A DNA stretch of 64,000 nt from the NCBI GenBank assembly GCA_964012805.1, contig CAXGUD010000006.1:64001-128000 (forward strand), read 5' to 3'. The notes under the pieces were generated by a model, which was given only the letters and a program-made list of their open reading frames with translations, ran no database searches and was not told the DNA's origin. This DNA is from an uncultured Bacteriovoracaceae bacterium (GTDB taxonomy: Bacteria > Bdellovibrionota > Bacteriovoracia > Bacteriovoracales > Bacteriovoracaceae). Below are positions 10,578-19,476 of this stretch, piece after piece. Numbering within the stretch: position 1 is the stretch's first letter; each line of letters opens with the position of its first letter. Position numbers and translations under genes: made by a program.

Positions 10578-13500
10578 GTGAAGGCTTCTTTGCTTTTTTT
10601 TCAAATTTTTTTTGTAAAAAAGAAGGCCGCTTTTTTATGTGCCTTAATACTTTGTTTCTTTTTTCATGGTTCTGGCTTCGCTAATGATTTTTCTAAAAAA
10701 GAGAAAGAGTTTGAAAGAGGCATCCTCGACTTATCAAAAAGAAAGAATGATGGATTAAAAACAATTGACTTAAAGGGAGAATGGTCATTTTACTGGAATA
10801 AGTTTTTGGACCCAAAGTCTGTTCTTTCAGGTGCAATTCCCAAAGAAGACGGCTTTTTAAAAGTGCCAAGTTCCTGGAAAAAGAGTGAGTTTGGAAATGA
10901 ATTGATGGCACCAAAAGGTTTTGGCAGCTATCTTCTTCGTGTAAAAGGTGTCCCTCAAAAAATGGCCCTTTATTTTTATCCAGGGCGGGTTAAGCAAACA
11001 TCTAAAGTTTTTCTTATTCAAGGGGGGCGAGCGGACGTTATTTTTGAAGCTGGAATTCCTGGTAATAAAGTGGACAAAGAATTACCACAGCTTTTGTCAA
11101 CGAAGAAGCAAAAAGTCGTTTTAGAAAAAGGTGATTTCACTCTTTTGATTCACGCCTCGAACTTCGGATATAGAGATGGTGGGGTGGCGATAGCTCCAAG
11201 GTTTTACTCTAAATCCAATATTAAGATGGATTATTTTAAAATGTTCTCTTCAGGAATGCTTCTCATTATGGTGCTCTACCATTTTGGACTTTTCTTGAAA
11301 AGAAGAGGGGATAAGGCCGCTCTTTATTTTTCCTTGATCTGCCTTTTTATGTTTTTTAGGCATACGATTATAAATGACCACCAATACTTTTTTATGGCAC
11401 CTTCTTATTGGGCCCACCAAATATCAGTTAAGTTGGAGTTTTTGGGTCTTTCATTGACTCCTTTTCTTTTTGCAGGTTTTTTAAAAGAAATTTTTACGGG
11501 GAGTTTTCAAAAGTTTTTTAAAATTTCTTTTGTCTTTTCAATTCTTCTCTCTTTGATTGTTGTCGTTTTTCCCGCTTCTGTTTTTACTAAAATGCCTTTT
11601 CTTATTCCCATGCAAATAAATGCCTTAGGAACGATTTTATTTGGAATCATACGTTTTGTGATACTCCACTTTAAAAAAGATAAGTTTGCTGGTTATTGCT
11701 TAATTTCAATGGGGATTTGGTTTTTTACTGTATTAATGGATGTCTTAATCATTTTTAACGTAATTAATCTCGAAATTAAATTAACCCAATTTGGTTTTCT
11801 TTTTTGGATTTTATCCCAAAGTTATATCCTCTCGGTAAAGTTTTCAAATGCTTATGAAACAGCAGAGAGGCTTTCTAAAGATCTGCAAAAAGAAGTTAAA
11901 AAGCAGACCAAGCAAGCTCATGAAGCAAGAGAAAGAGCTGAAAAGTCTGAAAAAGAAGTCGCAGGCCTCATGGACAATATGAGGCAATCTGTTTTCTGTA
12001 TCGGTCGTGAGAAGGAGGTAATTGCACCTGTCTCTTTTTATTCTGAAACTCTTTTTGGTCAAAAAATTATAGGTAAGTCTATTTATGATGTTCTTTATAA
12101 GGGGATGGACCGAAGAAAAGAGTCCTTTGGTGGTCTTGAGATGGCCTTGTCGGTTATCTTTGGGGCTGACGACCTCCAATTTGACCTTTTAAAAGACCAA
12201 TTACCCACGAGGCTCATTGTAAATACAGAAAGTAAAAAAACAGAAAAGGGTGAAAATAAAGTTTTAAAGATTAGTAATAACCCGATTTTTGATAATGAGG
12301 GCAGCCTTTTAAAGCTTATGTATGTCGTAGAAGACATCTCGGATGTGGAGGCCCTTGAACAAAAAATGAAAGAACAGAAAGAGGAAGTTTCTAAAAAAGC
12401 CGGTGTAATTCAAGAACTCGCAGGAAATAAAAAAGAGGACCTTCAGAACTTTTTTGATGATAGTTACGAGCTTCTCCAACTCTCTATTGATGAATTAAAA
12501 AGAATGAGAAGCGAGCAACTTGAAGGAGAGTCAGGTCAAAAGTCTTTAGATATAATTTTTAGAAACTGCCATACTTTAAAAGGAAACTCTCGAATTTTTG
12601 GCCTTTCTCTTATTTCTAAAAAGTCCCACGAGGTAGAAGGTGTTTTAGAAGTTTTTCAAAAAGAAGAGGAGGTAAAAGATGTTTTAGAGAACTCCTTAAA
12701 ATCTCTTTATGATCTTAGGGGGCAGGTCTCCGAGTATTTTATGGTATCACGAGATCTTTTTGGAGTGGAATCTCAAGATGAAATACGCTTTAAAAATGAA
12801 ATACATGAACTTATGCTCGATTTTGAATATTGGATCGCTCAAATTTATTTCCAATCAAGAAATACTGGTTATGAACCTGAGGGGATAAAGGATTTATGGA
12901 AAAAGCTTGTTGACTTGGATGAAGATATAAGAGAGCAGATTCTTTCATCCTTAGTTAGAGTTTTACACGGTCTTAAAGGATTGAGTAGGGCCTTAAATTT
13001 AAAGTCTTTAAGTGAATCAATTCACCAATTGGAAGGTGTCATTTACGACTTTTCCCCAAGTATTGATAAAGAAGATGAGAGTACTCATGAACGATTGGAG
13101 TCAGCTTATAATGAGGTCATAAATTTGGCCAGGAACCTTTATTTAAAGTCAGTGGATTTTAAACCTCTCGTATTAGCCTCTGATCAGTGGACGGAGCTAA
13201 TTTCAGAATTTATTCAAATAGCTTCTTTATATTTTAATGGCAGATCTGAAGACCAAAAGTCCATAATAAATAGAATTTACCTTTTTAATACAAGGGCTTC
13301 CAACTTTAGATTTCATTTTTCCCCATCTATTATTAGGTCCGTGTATGATTTTTTTGGAGGGAGTTCAGACTCTGAAAAAAATAAGATAAAGAGGGCTTTT
13401 AATAGCATATGGCTTTATTTAAAGTGGATCATTCAAATTGATATTGAAAAAAGTGTAGATTTTCAATTAAGAGATACGCTTATCTCCTATTTTGATGAAG

Positions 13501-14639
13501 ATAAAGACCATTTGAAAAGAAGTGAGATCATAAAAAAGATCCGTTTGAGAAGCGATACTCAGAACGGTCCCATTCTTTTTACGATATTTGAAAAAATTAA
13601 TAATCAAGAAAATTTTCTTATGGAGGATTTTCTCCTTGTTTTAGAAAAATTAGAAGCCTCTGATGACAAAGACTTTAAAGGACGAGAATTGTTGGAAAGG
13701 TTAATACCAAAACAAGATTCGAAGTCGTCTTTAGGTGAACTTTTTCTTGGTCTAAAAAACCTTTTTAACTATGAAAACTTTGAGTTAATAACTTCCAACA
13801 ATCAAATTCAAGGAGAAAGCATAGAGACTTTAAAGGAAATCATTAATTCAAGACATTTAAATATTTTTCCTTATCTTCAAAGTTTAGATTTTATGAGAGT
13901 TTTAAGAAGTTATGTTTATTTGGATGAGGATAGTGAACAGAGTAGAAAACCAAATACAGTAGATGTTTTAATGGAGAATTTTGAAGGACTCAAATCTCAT
14001 CTAAAAGATAGATGGGATGATGGGGAGATACCTAACTGGGACGAAATGGATAAATTCTTAAAACATCTTGAAGACATACCAGTTAAGTATTCTTTAAGAA
14101 AGCTTGGTTCAATGGCAACAGAAATGGGTAAAGGTTTAGGTAAAAAGGTTAAGTTCGTTATGAAAGGTGATCAAGCTTCCCTACCTAAAGAAAAGTTAAC
14201 AATTTTAAAGGATGGAATTATACATTTGGTGAGAAACTCTATTGATCATGGTATTGAAGCACCAGAGATTCGAAAAAGTTTAGGTAAGGATGTTTTTGGA
14301 AAACTCGAGGTAACACTATCAAAAGAGAAATCAGGGGGGCTTTCATTAAGCATATCTGATGATGGTGGCGGTATCAAATTTGATAAAGTCTTAGATAAAG
14401 CCATTGAGCGCGGTATTATAAAGAACGCTGAAAAAGCAAGTTTAAGTTACCAAGACAAAGTCAATCTTATCTTTGAACCTCGACTAAGCACAAAAGAAAA
14501 ATTGACAGATATATCGGGAAGAGGAATTGGAATGGACGTCGTCAAGAAAAATATTAAAAGCCTTGGAGGTTCAATCGAGGTTATCACTGAGCTTAATAAA
14601 GGTACAAACTTTATTATACGTCTTGAAAAAATTGAATAA
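10578..14639 (+). CDS. 7TM-DISM sensor + PAS-like + two Hpt + CheA-type HATPase (class III histidine kinase)
   Basis: LKGEWSFYW, 7TM region, Hpt1 FRNCHTLKG (H665), Hpt2 RVLHGLKG (H797), HLVRNSIDHGIE, DDGGG, SGRGIGM; no CheW domain. Confidence 0.88.
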   Translation: MKASLLFFQIFFVKKKAAFLCALILCFFFHGSGFANDFSKKEKEFERGILDLSKRKNDGLKTIDLKGEWSFYWNKFLDPKSVLSGAIPKEDGFLKVPSSWKKSEFGNELMAPKGFGSYLLRVKGVPQKMALYFYPGRVKQTSKVFLIQGGRADVIFEAGIPGNKVDKELPQLLSTKKQKVVLEKGDFTLLIHASNFGYRDGGVAIAPRFYSKSNIKMDYFKMFSSGMLLIMVLYHFGLFLKRRGDKAALYFSLICLFMFFRHTIINDHQYFFMAPSYWAHQISVKLEFLGLSLTPFLFAGFLKEIFTGSFQKFFKISFVFSILLSLIVVVFPASVFTKMPFLIPMQINALGTILFGIIRFVILHFKKDKFAGYCLISMGIWFFTVLMDVLIIFNVINLEIKLTQFGFLFWILSQSYILSVKFSNAYETAERLSKDLQKEVKKQTKQAHEARERAEKSEKEVAGLMDNMRQSVFCIGREKEVIAPVSFYSETLFGQKIIGKSIYDVLYKGMDRRKESFGGLEMALSVIFGADDLQFDLLKDQLPTRLIVNTESKKTEKGENKVLKISNNPIFDNEGSLLKLMYVVEDISDVEALEQKMKEQKEEVSKKAGVIQELAGNKKEDLQNFFDDSYELLQLSIDELKRMRSEQLEGESGQKSLDIIFRNCHTLKGNSRIFGLSLISKKSHEVEGVLEVFQKEEEVKDVLENSLKSLYDLRGQVSEYFMVSRDLFGVESQDEIRFKNEIHELMLDFEYWIAQIYFQSRNTGYEPEGIKDLWKKLVDLDEDIREQILSSLVRVLHGLKGLSRALNLKSLSESIHQLEGVIYDFSPSIDKEDESTHERLESAYNEVINLARNLYLKSVDFKPLVLASDQWTELISEFIQIASLYFNGRSEDQKSIINRIYLFNTRASNFRFHFSPSIIRSVYDFFGGSSDSEKNKIKRAFNSIWLYLKWIIQIDIEKSVDFQLRDTLISYFDEDKDHLKRSEIIKKIRLRSDTQNGPILFTIFEKINNQENFLMEDFLLVLEKLEASDDKDFKGRELLERLIPKQDSKSSLGELFLGLKNLFNYENFELITSNNQIQGESIETLKEIINSRHLNIFPYLQSLDFMRVLRSYVYLDEDSEQSRKPNTVDVLMENFEGLKSHLKDRWDDGEIPNWDEMDKFLKHLEDIPVKYSLRKLGSMATEMGKGLGKKVKFVMKGDQASLPKEKLTILKDGIIHLVRNSIDHGIEAPEIRKSLGKDVFGKLEVTLSKEKSGGLSLSISDDGGGIKFDKVLDKAIERGIIKNAEKASLSYQDKVNLIFEPRLSTKEKLTDISGRGIGMDVVKKNIKSLGGSIEVITELNKGTNFIIRLEKIE

Positions 14640-14692
14640 TCAATCATCACTGCTTTTTTTCTTGCTATATTTTTTTCTTAAAGTTTAAACTC

Positions 14693-15967
14693 TTGTTAAA
14701 AAACAGGAGTAAGCTTATGAGAAGACTTTTTTTAAAAAAAATATTTTTTATATTAGGATTCACTTTTTTGGTTTTTCCTTTTTGGGGGTCTTCAACTCTT
14801 CCTCTTGTAAAAAAAGGTGAAGGTCATTTCCCAACAAGCCTCCTTCTAAGAGCAGACCTACATAAAGGTTTTCAGTTTCCAAACATGTCAACCATGAGGA
14901 ACTCTCACACTGCCCAAAATGATTCTGGAGATTATGCTTTTTCTTTTATGACTTTTATAAAAGGAAAGTGGCTTTCAGCTTTGTGGTACAAGGGAAGTGA
15001 TCAGAAGAAAGGAATGATTCTCTATACCGCTACAGAGGATACGATCCTAAGTGATCCCTCTATAAATCAAAAAGGTGACGTGGTTTTTAGTGAGTTTGGC
15101 CTGTCTGGAACAAAGAATGTCTTTGTCTATAGTAAGAAAACCAAGTCCCTCTCACGACCGTTAAAAAATTATGTGGACATTATTCAAAGAGGTTCTCATT
15201 TTCAAATCAACGATGAAGGATTCATCCTCTTTAGGAGCAATAAGTCAAATGATGGCCAATCAATTTATTGCTTAGGAGAAGACCATTTAATCGAAAAGCT
15301 TTCTCAGAGAAAAGAACAAGGTCTAAGCTATCTTTTTGGCCCAAAGCTTGTTGGAGTAAAAGGCTTCTTAGTTAAGGTGAGAGAAGGTGGGCCAGGAGAG
15401 TGGGAAGAAAAGCGTCCGGACTCTCTCCGCTTTTACTCTTTTGAAGGAATTGATAAAGGACCTCTTGTCCTCCACAAGGATACTGACATCGATTCAGCCT
15501 CCCTTTTTAAGCGGTTTGATAACTCAATGGCCGCTTCTTCTGATGGACAATGGATGGCCTTTATTGCTTATTTAAAAGATGGAAAAAGGGCGCTTGTAAG
15601 GCAAAAGTTTGAAGGGACTTTCACTATTATTTCAAAAGAGGGGGCCCATGGAGTTAAGAAAATTGAGTTTTTCTCTCCGAGTATAAATGACTTGGGGCAC
15701 GTCGTTTTTAGGGGGATTGGTGATAACGGTAAGCGCCATATTTACCTTGCGGGGACCAATTCAATGAGGATCCTTCTGTCTGAAAATCAGAAAATCTCTT
15801 TGGATCAAGGGGAGGGAGTTATCTTTGCTCCCGAAGGACCGAGTTTTGGTGGGCAAGCAACTCTTAATAACAAAAATCAAGTCCTTGTAAGGGGAAGAGT
15901 CTTTAAAATCAAAGGGCAAGTTGACCTGGGCCAGGCCCTTTTCCGAGTTCAAGGACCTAAGGATTAA
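14693..15967 (+). CDS. secreted beta-propeller-like protein with NxxGxxxF repeats
   Basis: Signal peptide (likely start ATG 14717); repeats INQKGDVVF, INDEGFILF, INDLGHVVF, LNNKNQVLV. Confidence 0.7.
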   Translation: MLKNRSKLMRRLFLKKIFFILGFTFLVFPFWGSSTLPLVKKGEGHFPTSLLLRADLHKGFQFPNMSTMRNSHTAQNDSGDYAFSFMTFIKGKWLSALWYKGSDQKKGMILYTATEDTILSDPSINQKGDVVFSEFGLSGTKNVFVYSKKTKSLSRPLKNYVDIIQRGSHFQINDEGFILFRSNKSNDGQSIYCLGEDHLIEKLSQRKEQGLSYLFGPKLVGVKGFLVKVREGGPGEWEEKRPDSLRFYSFEGIDKGPLVLHKDTDIDSASLFKRFDNSMAASSDGQWMAFIAYLKDGKRALVRQKFEGTFTIISKEGAHGVKKIEFFSPSINDLGHVVFRGIGDNGKRHIYLAGTNSMRILLSENQKISLDQGEGVIFAPEGPSFGGQATLNNKNQVLVRGRVFKIKGQVDLGQALFRVQGPKD

Positions 15968-16033
15968 TTTCATAATTGATAAAAAAATTTTGTGAGATAA
16001 ACCTCCTGTTTTGTGTAAATTATATAAAAGAAT

Positions 16034-16063
16034 AAAAAAAGGGAGCTGTCGCTCCCTTTTTTT
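16034..16063. terminator. bidirectional intrinsic terminator
   Basis: A7-GGGAGC-TGTC-GCTCCC-T7 between convergent genes, just downstream of the rhodopsin gene. Confidence 0.85.
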
Positions 16064-16091
16064 CATGGTCATTTTTAATAAATTGCTATCT

Positions 16092-16790
16092 TTAATTCTT
16101 ACTATCAGTCACAGCAGCAGCGTAAATGGCCATACCAAAGGCAATCTTGTTAACAAAGTCCGCTAGGTTATATACCAAATTCATTGTTCCAGCATCGGCC
16201 CCACTTCCTAGGTAACCGATGGCATAACCTATGGGATAGATTGCCCAACCAATAGTTACGATAAGCCTTAATGTATTAAATGCTTTTTGGCTAGAAGCAT
16301 TTCCGCTAGCGGCATTAACCTTACTAGCCTCTCCAGCGAAGATTTCGTAAATAATGTAAAGCCACCCTGCCATTCCTATGACAAAAGCAAGAGTTACATT
16401 CATTGCTTGGGTTTCTCCTAAATAACCCGCTACAAGCATTACTGTTGAGGAGACCAGCAGTCTCCAGAAAAGGCCTGATGCTACGGTCGTTACTGCAGCT
16501 AAGATCACATAAAATTCTACAATTTGAAGGGGGACAGTTATAAACCAATCGACATATCTAATTTCTGTTGGGGATTGTCCGCCAGTAAGCATCCATGCTT
16601 CTCTCATATAAAAATAATGCCAAGCTGCTATACCTGTTATCAAGCCTGCAATGGTCAGAGAAGTTTTCCACTTTTCTGAGACTCTGTCTCTTTCTAGAAA
16701 GAAGAAAGCTGTCGCCGCTACCATGGCCATGGAAATGACCCAAAAGGAAATAGCTACATGATCTCCTGATTTAAGAAGTAATTCTTTCAT
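16092..16790 (-). CDS. proteorhodopsin, DTE proton pump, Gln (blue-type) tuning residue
   Basis: 7 TM; WHY (H58); RYVDWFITVPLQIVEF (D81, T85, Q89, E92); NLADFVNK (D211, retinal K215). Confidence 0.97.
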   Translation of the reverse strand: MKELLLKSGDHVAISFWVISMAMVAATAFFFLERDRVSEKWKTSLTIAGLITGIAAWHYFYMREAWMLTGGQSPTEIRYVDWFITVPLQIVEFYVILAAVTTVASGLFWRLLVSSTVMLVAGYLGETQAMNVTLAFVIGMAGWLYIIYEIFAGEASKVNAASGNASSQKAFNTLRLIVTIGWAIYPIGYAIGYLGSGADAGTMNLVYNLADFVNKIAFGMAIYAAAVTDSKN

Positions 16791-17155
16791 AACTTCAAGT
16801 CTCCTTGGTAAAGATGTGTGTTTATGGATATTTTTTTACCTAGTATTTTAACAGAAAAAGGGTTTCAGATTTTTATATTAGAAAAAAACCTACAGAAAAA
16901 AATTGGAAAGTTAAGTATCATTAAAGGAAATACTTATTGTAAAATCTTGCTAATTATTTGTTTTTTTTAATTTTTTCATTGATAAAACTTAGTAAACCTT
17001 TATTGTATAGAAAATGATAAATGTTTACGAATAACAAAATTGGTAAAGGAAATTATCTCGGATTTGTTTAAACTTAAAAATCCTTTTATCGGGGATTTTT
17101 AATGAAATTGAAGCGAATAAACGTTTGAATGAAACTTTGTATGAGGAATACTTCC

Positions 17156-17785
17156 TTACTCTTTTTTAAAAAGGCTTAGATATTCCTTAAGGCCTTCTTT
17201 TTCAAGGTCTTCTACTGGAATAAAGCGAAGAGATGCTGAGTTGATGCAATAGCGCTGCCCTGTTGGTTGAGGGCCATCGTTAAATAGGTGTCCAAGGTGG
17301 CTGTCGGCATGCTTTGAACGGACTTCTGTCCTTTTCATAAAAAGGCTATTGTCTTCTTTCAGCTTTAGGTTTTCTTTTTCTAGAGGAGCACTAAATGAAG
17401 GCCAACCTGTTCCGCTATCGTATTTATCTAGAGAACTAAAGAGGGGTTCCCCAGAAACAACGTCAACGTAAACTCCTGCCTTTTTATTATCCCAATATTT
17501 ATTTGAGAAAGGTCTTTCAGTTCCGTCTTCTTGAGTGACTTTGTATTCTAAATCCGTCAGTTTTTCTTTGAGCTCTTTTTTAGACATTGTTTTAAACCTT
17601 TTCCAGTGGCCAGGGGTTTTTGGGCCTTGATTTTTACTTTTATTGACAGAAGCAAGTGACCTGCTGTTTTCAGAAGGGCCATCCATCTCTGTTTGGTCAA
17701 ATTGGGCGAGTACGACTGTAAGCGTTAGTAGTCCTAAGCTGAGTTTTATAGTATAGAGTGTTCTTTTTTTGACCGGGTCTTTCAT
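17156..17785 (-). CDS. msrB: peptide-methionine (R)-S-oxide reductase with N-terminal export/anchor segment
   Basis: [35 protein letters not shown]; zinc-free type (no CxxC); hydrophobic N-terminus. Confidence 0.95.
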   Translation of the reverse strand: MKDPVKKRTLYTIKLSLGLLTLTVVLAQFDQTEMDGPSENSRSLASVNKSKNQGPKTPGHWKRFKTMSKKELKEKLTDLEYKVTQEDGTERPFSNKYWDNKKAGVYVDVVSGEPLFSSLDKYDSGTGWPSFSAPLEKENLKLKEDNSLFMKRTEVRSKHADSHLGHLFNDGPQPTGQRYCINSASLRFIPVEDLEKEGLKEYLSLFKKE

Positions 17786-17847
17786 ATCTTCTCTTATGGT
17801 GCAGGATCTTTTTTACTCTTTATTTTACCATAAGGCGATTTTTTTCC

Positions 17848-18369
17848 CTATAAAACTCCCGGCTTAATGGGATAGGTTTTATCATTAATTTCAAGGATAT
17901 AGACGCCATCTTTTTCAAAGATAAAGTTAGTGATTTCAATATAGCATTTTCTTGAAAACCTGCCCTTAACTTTTCCCTTCAGCGCCATAAAATAAAGAAT
18001 ATTATTTGTGTCAATGCTAAGTGTTTTGGGGTTGAGGATCTCTTTAATACCTCCCCTAAAAATCAGTGTAACTGAGAGAATTTTACCTTCCTTACTTTTT
18101 ATAATATCCAACGAAGTGGTAACGAGAGGTGTATCAAGGCATGTGACGAAATTCTTTTCTCCCTGGCAGTAGACGACATATTGAGGGAGAGTTTTACCTT
18201 CAATTAGGGGAAAAGCATCTGAGTCATTTTCATCTACAGGTTTTAAATGGCGCAAAAAAAAGCTTATAGTCTTCTCATCTAAAAGAGGCCTTCCTTCAAA
18301 AAGGAGCTCTCCCTCTTCATTTATTTCGTAGTGGTAAACTCTTTTTGAAGGAGGTTTTTTTCTTTTCAT
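17848..18369 (-). CDS. DUF4505/DUF1285-like (UPF0598-like) hypothetical protein
   Basis: YHYEINEEG...FFLRHL...CQGEKNFVTCLDTPLV pattern recalled from the UPF0598 family. Confidence 0.5.
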   Translation of the reverse strand: MKRKKPPSKRVYHYEINEEGELLFEGRPLLDEKTISFFLRHLKPVDENDSDAFPLIEGKTLPQYVVYCQGEKNFVTCLDTPLVTTSLDIIKSKEGKILSVTLIFRGGIKEILNPKTLSIDTNNILYFMALKGKVKGRFSRKCYIEITNFIFEKDGVYILEINDKTYPIKPGVL

Positions 18370-18480
18370 TTAATTAGAATACCTTATCTTTAGGGGACTT
18401 GAAAGTTACGATTATGATTTGGATTTTGGGTCATCAAAATTTTGTTATACTTAATTTTTAATTGATTAAAAAAAGTAAAC

Positions 18481-19458
18481 TCAACTTTTTTTATAAGAGT
18501 TTATAAACTTCTCTATCCCTTCCATTGTGTTGACTTTTGGTTGATAGCCTAGGATTTTTTTTGCCTTTTTAATATTTAAAGTTTGGGATTTTGCAAAGAG
18601 ATTACAAGTGTACCTCGTTAGGACTGGCTCTTTGTTGTTAAGAAAAAATTTGTGTACAATTTCACTTAAAAAGCAATAAGCATAAACAAAGTGGTAAGAT
18701 ATGAGCTTAGGGTCTCTTTTAAGACCCAATTGATTGAAAACGTGATCAATAATATACCAAAGTTTTTGTGGATTACCATCTGAAATATTAAAAATCTGTC
18801 CATTGGCAATGTCTTTTGAGAAAAGTGCACACCTAATGGCCTCAACGGCGTTATCTATATAAGTAAGGTCAGTTAGGTTGTTACCTTTTCCAATAGTCCT
18901 CAATCGTCCTTTATTATTGGCCCTTATTAACCTTGGGAAAATGGCCTCATCTCCGGGGCCAATAATGGCCCTAGGCCTTAGAATAATGGCGTTGGGAAAG
19001 TTTTCTAAAACACTTTTTTCGGCTTTAATTTTTGATTCAATATAATCATTGAGTGGTCTAGTGGTAATGGGGTCACTTTCCTTGATATCCAATAAATCTT
19101 TTGAGCTATGGTAAACACTAGGGCTAGAAATCAAAATAAACTTTTTAATTTTGTATTTTTGGGCCAATTGGGCGAGGTTTGAAGACGCTTTATAATTAAC
19201 CTCTAAAAAATCTTTTCTTTTTCCCCAAGGAGAAGATAAACCACCGCAATGAACAATATGGTCAAAGCCATTCACAATACTTTCCATTTTTTTATAATCA
19301 GTTAAATCGGCTTTTAAAAAGTGGACGCCTTTATTTAAAAGTTCCCTTCCTTTTTTTTCATTCCTTCCTAGGCCACTTAAATGATTAAAGTCTTTTTTTA
19401 AAATTTCACAGGTTCTCTGTCCTAAAAAACCAGTCGCTCCAGTAACTAAAACTTTCAT
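18481..19458 (-). CDS. extended SDR, 3-beta-HSD/OleD-like NAD(P)-dependent reductase
   Basis: TGATGFLG, HCGGLSSPWG, SSPSVY, YIESK (YxxxK), LRPRAIIGPGD. Confidence 0.9.
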   Translation of the reverse strand: MKVLVTGATGFLGQRTCEILKKDFNHLSGLGRNEKKGRELLNKGVHFLKADLTDYKKMESIVNGFDHIVHCGGLSSPWGKRKDFLEVNYKASSNLAQLAQKYKIKKFILISSPSVYHSSKDLLDIKESDPITTRPLNDYIESKIKAEKSVLENFPNAIILRPRAIIGPGDEAIFPRLIRANNKGRLRTIGKGNNLTDLTYIDNAVEAIRCALFSKDIANGQIFNISDGNPQKLWYIIDHVFNQLGLKRDPKLISYHFVYAYCFLSEIVHKFFLNNKEPVLTRYTCNLFAKSQTLNIKKAKKILGYQPKVNTMEGIEKFINSYKKS

Positions 19459-19476
19459 TATTTATTCCTTAAAAAG

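Noticed and set aside
5819..14639. Canonical chemotaxis (cheA) operon
   Set aside because: Both kinases lack CheW domains and are membrane sensors; no cheW, cheY, cheR, cheB or MCP genes nearby
17076..17111. Sigma-28 promoter for the proteorhodopsin gene (TCAA-N14-CCCGATAA, minus strand)
   Set aside because: Spacing is one base short, it is about 300 bp from the ATG, and it coincides with an AAAAATCC/GGATTTTT hairpin that may be the msrB terminator
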